From assembly GCF_009914755.1 (NCBI RefSeq), contig NC_060931.1: 64,000 bases of DNA; one strand, 5' to 3'. This DNA is from the human T2T-CHM13v2.0 reference genome, Homo sapiens. The translations under genes and the position numbers were made by a program. This document shows, in pieces, positions 55,261 to 64,000 of this stretch (position 1 is its first letter; each line of letters begins with the position of its first letter). A model generated the notes under the pieces. That model made no database searches. It saw only the letters and a list, made by a program, of their open reading frames with translations, and was not told the origin of the DNA.

Positions 55261-57149
55261 GCTGCTTGAGAAAACTGGAAACACAAATGAAATTAAAATT
55301 ATTGATCTTGTATAAATGTAACCAAATATTACATGAAAGGGGAAATACGAGCAAAGCAGATTTAAAACCAAACCTAAATTATATTATGACACAGAATAAA
55401 TATAGAATATAAAGTAAAAGAAATAAACAACAGCAGCAGTAATACCTTTATTTTGGATGATGTCCTGTGTTAGAATTTATTTTGTGAGCTATTTCTTTGA
55501 AAGGCTCAGTTACAGTTATCTTAAACATCATCATTGTAGGGACTTTTACAATAATTATTTCCTAAATCATTTTCAATCTTAGAAATTTGGGGTCTATCTT
55601 GCAACAACTGAAGATTTTTAACTTGTTGAACATTTAAATTTAAGTTTATGACTATCTAAAACTAAAAATGTATTACAGAAGGGAGGATCTCTACTAGCCA
55701 GATTTTTCTGTCTTTCATTCTACAAATAATGTCAAAGAAAATTTGTCAAACATGGAAATAGGCAAAAGGGATTCCTAGGTCCTTTCGGTGGACTGTAAGA
55801 CATTATCAAGTGGATCTTTGGGGAAATTATCTGATTATCTAGGGGTAATGCACCTCTGTCTTTCTATTGCCTGGAGTGATTTATAGCTCTATAGGAGTAA
55901 AATATTAAGTTGTAGGAAGCTGAGAATAATGCAAATTATTCTTGTTTAGGATTATTTATTCTCTGTAGAAAATATAATCCAAGCTTTATATTTTATTATT
56001 CTATAAGATATTAATTTGTTTTACATTTATTAGCAAATGTATTTCAGCATTTCTAATTGTCTGTATACCTATATGTCTATTCTTCCAATTACCTTTAAAC
56101 CCATTCCAACATCGGACTGATTTCCACACTAATTAATAAATTATATAAAATCTTTGTCACATACACATTTTATATTTGCATGAGTCTCATGGCTTACAAT
56201 TTGAAATATTGTGCTTAAGTGGTAAAAATATTAACTTAAGTAATATCTGCATTTTTGAAGATGAAGGTTATTTCTTAAATTTCATTTTGTTTTGTTTGGT
56301 GTTTTGTTTTTAAGCACAAACAGAAAACAAAATATTTCAGAAAAGTTTGTTTGCATGCACTGAATGTAAAATTAGCCTCCTAGTTTAAAAGATTGATTTT
56401 TAAGTATATATGTTTAAATTTGTTTGAATCACTTTGTAACTCCTTAGAATTGCCATACAATTTTACAAGTACTTCCAGTCTATTATTTTATTTGTAGTCT
56501 CAACACCATCAGAGGCAAAAAGGGAGAATGTATTATATTCTATATTTAAAAAAAAGCACCAAGTTGTTAACTGGCTTGGATTCTCATAATTAAACAGGGA
56601 GAAGTTTGTAATACTCTGAACAGATCTTTGGCCTTCTGTTATATGATCAGATGGTGTAGGTCTTTTTTTTGCTATAATGAATGTTGAAATTATGGATGAA
56701 ATATCATTCCCTGCCTTTTCTGGTTTTGCTGAATGAGTGCAAGTTACTTTGCTCAAGTTGGTGAGCAGATTCTTTTTCACTAAATAATGCAAGAGTTAAC
56801 TAATGTCACAGAAATGAACAAGGAGCTTTTGTTTTACCATCATAGCTTATGCAGAATTTGGCTATTTTGTAATTTAAACCAATTTCAAAACAGCAGCTTA
56901 GTTTTAATATATTTCTTATTTTGTGAACTTGCAATCATTCTAGATGAAATTTAATTTTTAATCTTTTTAAATTAAAGAGTGAAGTAAAGACCAGGGTATT
57001 TCCAACAGTTTTGTGAAGAGGAGATTTCATTCCACAAAGCCGTGAAACCTTGGGGGAAAGGGGAAAGGCAAAGGTTAATAAATAGCTAAATCTAATAGTT
57101 TCTTCCTTCTGACAAGATGAGCAAATCTCAGAAAAAAGAAAATTTATCA

Positions 57150-58530
57150 TTTCGTTAATGCAATAAATATATATTTTTTGAATGCCTTCTGTGTGTCAGC
57201 CACTGTGCTAGAGAGGCTGGTGGGGGGTGGTGGGGGGGCAGTACAATGTGGAATAAGATTGTCTCGTGAATGTATGGAAATTGTAGTAAAGGAAACAGAA
57301 AACAAATAGCAAATAAGGAAGAGGAGACAGTAGTTGAGAAGTGCCACCACTGGAATAGGTACCAGATGATATGGAAGCACAAGAGCAGAGAACTAACCCA
57401 AGTTCTAAAGGGCAAGAAAGATGGTGGCAAAGAAACCAAGGATTTGTATAGTAAATAACTTACTCACATTATTTAACCTTAGTTTCCTCATCTTTAAAGC
57501 ATCCATTTATGTACCTCCTCATGGATTTGGTGTGCAAAGAAAAAAATTTTGTGTATAGTGTTAAGCACATAAAAGAAATAATCCATATAACAAACTCCAT
57601 GACAGAAGCTCACCTATGTAACAAACCTGAACTTGTACCCCAAACTTAAAAAGTTTTAAAAAGGAACAAAAATAGTCTATGGGTATAGACATAACTGAAA
57701 AAAGTATTAAATATTAACCATCATCATTACTCTTATTATAACTAATAATAAAATGGAATTTGAAGGATGAGTAACATCATCCCTTAGAAGAGGAAAGAGG
57801 GACAAGAAGAAATTTCATATCCAAAGGCTTAGAATGAGAGCAAGCTTAATGAAATTCTACCACATGACTGGATCTAGAGTGATTGAAAGAGGCGACAGAG
57901 GTAAGCTGGAAGATCAGGAGAAATACAAATCATATAGGGACTTACAAAACACCTCAGGAATTTGGAATTTATCCTAAAATTCATGAGAGGTATTAAAAGA
58001 TTTTTTTTTCAAGTGGGCTGTGATATTTTCAGGTTTTCATCTTGCAAGAATCTATTTGAGTACAGTTTGGAAAATGTGTTGAAATGTGGCAAATTTGAAG
58101 GATATGGGTAGACAATTACAGAAACATATATGGAAAATGACCCTATCTTGAACTGATCTAGAGACACTGAAAATGAAAAGAAGTGGATAGATTTGCAAGT
58201 TATTTAGCAGATGGAATCAACTTTTTGAGATTAGAAGTAAAAGACGAGATAGGAAGGATTGAAAGAAGAACCCAGTGTCTACTTTAGGTAAATGAAATGT
58301 GTGGCTAGTGGTAAATCTTCACTGATTTGGGGATGCAGGAGGAGGAAGACAAAGAAGGAATGGAGGAGGAAGGAGAGGTTTTATGGGATTTGATACATTC
58401 AGATTTGGCCATGTTAGGTTCTGAGACAGACGATGAAGTGAAAGGTCTTCACAGGTTGCTGGATCCATGATCTGGAGCTTAGAAAAGATATCAAAGATGG
58501 AAACAGAGATTTGATAGTTGTTGCAGCATA
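57150..58530 (-). mobile_element. L2 fragments, interrupted by a MIR (~57450-57570) and an L1PA 3' end
   Basis: tgaatgccttctgtgtgtcagccactgtgctag; ggaatttggaatttatcct; aagaagtggatagattt. Confidence 0.68.
57575..57665 (+). mobile_element. Very short old L1PA (PA13-16-like) 3' end
   Basis: aacaaactccatgacagaagctcacctatgtaacaaacctgaacttgtacccc. Confidence 0.75.
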
Positions 58531-58909
58531 GATATATTCCTGGAATTATATATACACATGCCCCTGGAAAGACATCTTATTTGCAGAATCAAACTCAAAC
58601 AAAAATTCCAATTTGTATTTGTATCTATCTCAAAAACAATAGTCCCAAAGCAAGTCCTCAGCAACTCCTATTAAGATCTTTTGACTTTCACTGCTGTCTA
58701 GAAAATCTTGAGTCACCTATTCTCACATTTTTCAAATCCTGCCCTTTCATGGCGTTACCCACACTGTCTCATTCCCTCTGTCCTTACTGCATGCCATGTT
58801 TTGAACTTGTCACAGCCCCCCAACTTCATGGAAAGCAGTTCTTCCTTTTTGATGGCTTTTTCATGAACATCATGGACATGTACCAGGAACAGTTTTGAAA
58901 TCTACTCAC

Positions 58910-59002
58910 ATAAAACAATCTACTGGCAAAAGACCTATTTACTACAATGAATGCACTTAAGCAGTAAGCTTTTTATTCTGTTTCTTAATGTGTAAAGCCA
59001 GG
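58910..59002 (-). other. Candidate non-coding exon (93 nt)
   Basis: Minus-strand branch point ctaat, long polypyrimidine tract, ttttag acceptor, donor AT|gtgagt; stops in all three frames. Confidence 0.3.
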
Positions 59003-59050
59003 CTAAAAATGAAACCCAAAAAAACAAATACAATTAGCCCTTATATGTGA

Positions 59051-59428
59051 TTATTTGGGTTTGGGTTTGTTTGTTTGTTTTCTGATGCAGTCTCGCTCTG
59101 TCACCCAGGCTGGAGTGCAGTGGCATGATCTCGGCTCTCCACAACCTTCGCCTCCCTGGTTCAAGTGATTCTCCTGCCTCAGCGTCTTGAGGAGCTGGGA
59201 GTACAGGCACATGCCACCACGCCCAGCTAATTCTTGTATTTTTAGTAGAGACAGGGTTTTGCCATGACTACAGGCACATGCCACCATGCCTGGCTAAATT
59301 TTGTATTTTTAGTAGAGATGGAGTTTTGCCATGTTGGCCAGGCTGGTCTTGATCTCCTGACCTTGTGATCCACCCGCCTCGGCCTCCCAAAGTGCTGGGA
59401 TAACAGGCATGAACCACTGCACCTGGCC
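59051..59428 (-). mobile_element. AluSc/Sg-like with an internal 67-bp tandem duplication
   Basis: Linker region duplicated (59199-59265, 59266-59332); gaccttgtgatcc shows the 2-nt deletion seen in Sg/Sc/Y. Confidence 0.92.
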
Positions 59429-59806
59429 TTGGGGGATGTTTTATGGAGAGGAATAACATATTTTCTTTTGAGCCTCAGAAGGAGATCAAAAGGTAATAAG
59501 AGTAATACCATCTTCCTGAATTCCAAGTATTAGGGAGTTGTACCAAACAGAAAGCTGTTTCAGGTTCTAGGACACAGAACACTTTCATGCTTGTGAGTAA
59601 CAAGCATGTCTCTATGGCCGTACTCCAAGTTCTGGATCTGGGTTTATTAGGTAATTATGCAAAAATAAACCAAAAATTGAAGTACATAAATACATCTATC
59701 TCCATCTATTTTTAATTTGTGGAGGAAACATTCTGATTTTTTCCACCTGTTTTTTCCCCCCTGAAACGTTATAAGAAAGGCAAGTGGTAGCTGCAGGTAT
59801 TGAGGA

Positions 59807-59998
59807 CCTGCCTCAGCCTCCCGAGTAGCTGGGACTACAGGCACGTGCCACCATGCCTGGCTACTTTTTGTATTTTTAGTAGAGATGGGAGTTTTACCAT
59901 GCAGGCCAGGCTGGTCTCGAACTCCTGACCCCAGGGGATATGCCCATCTGAGCCTCCCAAAGTGCTGGGATTGTACGTGTGAGCCACCGTGCCCAGCC
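59807..59998 (-). mobile_element. 3'-truncated AluS (left monomer plus start of right monomer)
   Basis: Starts abruptly at cctgcctcagcc with no tail. Confidence 0.9.
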
Positions 59999-60422
59999 TA
60001 AATACTGAAATTTGCTTGTAGCTTATACCATCCATTGGATCATTTAGATCCTCTTTCAACACCACCGAGACTGTGTCAGGACTTTTTGTGTATGTGTATA
60101 TTTTGGATTTTAGATTAAAGAAACTTCAAATGCACCCTTCCACCCACTATTTAGGAATTAATTTCTATGGCAGTCAGTTTGCCACTTGGATTGAGGGATT
60201 TGAGAGTCTCCACTTGTGGTTGCTTTTATCTGTGTCATGTGGGGAGGAGCAACAATGAAGAATGTTGCTTATGTCTTACGCTATTGTCATCTGTCCAACC
60301 TATTTTATGTAAATTTCCCTTAATGACATGTTATAGATATGGTCTGCAATATTGGAATTTCCACTGTGAAGTTAATGTGTGGAGATAAATTTTGGCATGA
60401 CCACAACTTGGTCTTTACATAC

Positions 60423-60472
60423 CTGGAGTCCGCTCATTGTTACAGACCATAACAGCCCCAACATCAAAAATG
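60423..60472 (-). other. Candidate internal exon (50 nt)
   Basis: Minus strand reads tgcttttccttcag|CATTTTTG...ACTCCAG|gtatgt; both sites are near-consensus. Confidence 0.35.
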
Positions 60473-62984
60473 CTGAAGGAAAAGCATGGATGAAGTTCAA
60501 AACTCTGGGTACAAAGTTCTGGATGTATTTATAATTTTTATCTCCTTATGTTGTGGTCATTCAGCAGCATTTATCTATGTATATTTGAGTCAGTGTGTGG
60601 AGTTTCATTCATTCATTCTCATTACTATATTCACTTTTGTTGAATACAGTTACTCTTGTGTAAGGTGTTTATTTGCTGTAAGTAAAACACGTGTTCCATT
60701 GCCCTTCCAAAGGGAAATCTATAATGTCTTTTATTCTCTCTTCTACTTAATCAACAAAATGCATTTGTTTTAAGCCATGATAATTTTTGACCTTGAACAA
60801 TTCATAAACCACTCCAAAATAAGTGGTTTGCAAGCAAAAGAAGGGATTAAGCGTTTCATGAAATAATCCCATTATCAAATAAGAAACTTCAGTTTTAATT
60901 TTTAGAAATTTTACCAACTCAAATAGTGTCTCAAAATCTCTCATACTGATGTTTATTGGTGATATAAGTTGACTGTTGATATAGACACAATTACCAGGAA
61001 ATAGATACCCAAATATCCATCTTTACTGCTTCATGCACCTTACTTCCATTCACTAAATGGTGCATACCAGTCAATTCATTAGGCCAATTTGAATAGGTAT
61101 GAAAAATCTCCAAGGAAGAAAAATAATCACCAAGAAGGTAGCACTGTATTGGGGGGGGGTCTTCATTTCTCCAAACATTTTGTTGAGAGAAAGCAGGAGA
61201 AGGTATTTGCAAAAGAGGGGAGAATAATGAAATCATTGCCTGCTTCCTTCCTTAGCACATATGGTACTAAATGAAGTATTGGATATCACTGGTGTTCCTT
61301 TCTTGTGGTTGAGGCCAGCTTACATACTGAGAATCCTAAAAGGCATAGAATATGTTCCTGGAAATGTCAAGCTCTTCTTGAGTTGGGGCACACATTAGAT
61401 TCTCAGTTTTCTAACACCCATAAAGCAGAAGAAAAGACAAAAATCCTATAGTGCACAATGACTCTGACATAAATGACCCAGTTATTCAAGAACAGCACAA
61501 TGTATTACGAAGAAAGATAGAGTTCTTCCCATGGGACAAAGACTATAACTTCATACTAAATGACAACTTTAGGAGTATCTTAGAGTAAACAAAATAAGGA
61601 CCTATATACAGCATTTCTTTTCAGGTCCTATGATATGACATGTTTCAAAGCGGAGTTTTGTAAACGCATTTTGCTGTCTGGGAGGAGGGGGCAGAAGATG
61701 GGAGGGGTGGCGTCTCTGACACTCAGATTTCTCAAGGATGCTTACTGGTTTATGGGTCACTCAGGTCCATGGATCTTACTTCTCTTAACTGAGTTTCTAA
61801 AAAGAACTACGCTGGAGTAGCTTTGATATCATATCCTTTAATTAACAAATGTATTGAGTATAGCTGCTTGGTGTTGCTGGCCAAGGAAAAACCATAAACT
61901 TACATAATCAGCATGAACCTTATCAGAAAGCTGCATCACTTCTGCTTGGGCATAAACTGAGAGTTTTTTTTCCACAGCACTACAGTATTCCTCAAGAGAA
62001 CATTGTGGATGTTTTCTAATAAGACATTTTTAAAGGTGTGGTCAGAGTCTCGAGTTTTTACTGGCAGAGAATGGCCATATTTTATTATATATGTAATTCG
62101 ATGGACATCTAAATTATGACTTTCTGTTTTGGTAAAACATTCATAGCATATCTAGTGCTGAACCATGTAATTTACCCTCTAGTCCCCAAGATAATCAGGT
62201 CATAATGTATAGATTTTAGCTTCAGTTACTAAATGTGATTTATTTTAATACTTGGTAGTCATAGAGCAAATAGTTAAAGATAAAAATCTCTACAGTGCCT
62301 GAAAAAAATTTTCTGAAAATGTATCTGTAACTCTTTTAATATTTTTTTGTTATTTTATTACAGAAATCATGTATGTTTCTGGTAGATAGAGAGTATGAGT
62401 AAAATTTAAAGACACATATTCTTATCAACCAGAGAAAACCAAGTAATATTTCTCTCTGTTTTTTCTAGGCATTTTATAAATACATACAATTTATACTTCA
62501 CAGCCCATTTTTGTTCACAGAGTCAAAAGTTGATGAAAACAGAACAAAACGTGCCAACTAGCTTTTTTTTGTTTGATACAGATAGAACATTTTAATAGAA
62601 GAAATTGTGTATTTTTAACTTGTCAGATCCCAATGTAGAACACTAATTGGAGAAGCCTAATTTTTCAATTTTTCAAGGAGGAAAGAGCACACATTTTATA
62701 TTAAATGTCCAGTAATCTAATGAGCCTATAACTAAGAGACAGGAAAGGATTCCATTTTAAAAAGTTAAATAGACTATAGACTTCAATGTTGGGAACATCC
62801 ATACAGAGTGGTCCTTGAATAATTTTGAGGTAGAAAATATCTTTCATATATAGACAAACTGCTATATTTTGTCTAATTGTCTCTGAATAATGATTGAATG
62901 TTATCATGCAGGGGATTTAAAATTCTGGCCTAAATAAGGCTTTCAGTATTTAAATGATTAGTTAAAATGTACATAAAAAGTAAA

Positions 62985-63471
62985 TTAAGGACAGTCACAA
63001 ATTCTCTTGTTATTTCACCCATGTTATTTCAAGGTTGAATCTGAGCTGAGTATATTTCTTGCCAATAGGATAGAATGTGAGAGAAAATGTAAGATAAGTA
63101 GCATTCTGAGATATCTAAGACTATAAAATGCCTTGCAGCTTTTACTTTGGTTTTTTTGGAACACTTATTTTAGGGGAAGCAAACTCCATGTAACTAGTGC
63201 AAGCCTAAGACTCCATGTTGTGAGGAAGCCCAAGGTAGCTACAGGAAGAGAAGCAGATGCCTGAAGCTTCTGGCTGTTCATCTATTCAAGCCCAGGTACC
63301 AGATTTGAATGAAGAAGCTGTTAGAGGACTTCATCCTTAGCTGCTCTGTGGCTGAAACTCTATGAAGGACCCCAAGCTGAACATACCATCTGCAGAACCA
63401 TGGGTGATGAAAAAGTAAGGACTGAGATTTGGAGTAGTTTATGATACTATAGTAAGTAGGTAACTGGAACA
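62985..63471 (+). mobile_element. MLT1G/H-type LTR
   Basis: ccatgttgtgaggaagcccaagg...gaatgaagaagc...taggtaactggaaca. Confidence 0.72.
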
Positions 63472-63569
63472 CCCAGGTTGTAACTGAAAAGAGCCAGCCC
63501 ATAGTCAACTTACCAGTTTTATAGCAGGAACATTAAAGAGCCTTGAAGTATACACTTTTGGTGAAATAG

Positions 63570-63740
63570 AACATTTCTTGAGAGGGATCAGGAGACCCAG
63601 GATTTAGTCCTAGTTCTGCCACTGCAAAGTATGTACGGTTGGGCAATCAGTTAACCTCTTTCAGTTTTTGTTTCATCATCTGTAAAATGAATGATTGGGA
63701 CAAACAAATTTTAAAGTATTGTGGAGTTCTAAAATGCTTG
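63570..63740 (+). mobile_element. MIR/MIR3 SINE
   Basis: caggagacccaggatttagtcctagttctgccact...tttcatcatctgtaaaatga. Confidence 0.8.
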
Positions 63741-64000
63741 AGTTAATAACTTGGAATCAATAATGGGTAGACCCAGGTTGCCTGTATTTTTTAATTCCCT
63801 TAGGCTCTTAAGTGCCATCATAACCAAGCAGGGAGGAAATAAGAAAATTATGAGCCCCACTGATGGTAACTTGACTGTTTCATATATTCCCTCTGAGAAA
63901 TTTTTGGCTATGCCAGGAATATAGCAGTCATGTAGTGGGAAGGTTTTGCTGAATCATAATACCTTAGAATTAGAAAACTGGCTTCATGCAGGGTGAGCAA

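Noticed and set aside
56463-56792. 109-aa minus-strand ORF in non-repeat DNA
   Set aside because: It has a non-ATG start, no recognisable homology and no supporting splice, polyA or TSD context.

Overview
This is 64 kb of AT-rich, CpG-depleted simian-primate (human-like) genomic DNA with no CpG island. I found no intact protein-coding gene, rRNA, tRNA or CRISPR array. Roughly half of the window is fossil transposable elements: L1 (L1PA7/8-like, L1PB1, L1PB4, L1MA, L1ME/HAL1), AluJ/AluS, MaLR LTRs (THE1, MST, MLT1) including one full-length THE1D-type provirus, ERVL/ERV1 LTRs, a Zaphod hAT transposon, L2, MIR and one MamSINE1. Many insertions can be bounded exactly by target-site duplications (TSDs). 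The longer ORFs I could assign are TE-derived or compositional artefacts. I did not find a convincing new biological system. The best leads are: (1) an L1PB1 carrying an apparent 3' transduction; (2) a terminus-less, 94%-identical inverted local copy of a THE1A LTR; (3) a switch in LTR/L1 orientation at ~23-27 kb that coincides with a candidate three-exon 3' end on + (23.9-24.6 kb) and candidate exons on - (59.0 and 60.4 kb), suggesting convergent, probably non-coding transcripts; (4) DUX4-type motifs in THE1 LTRs. Repeat subfamily names come from my recall of consensus sequences, not from a search, and boundaries without a TSD are approximate.
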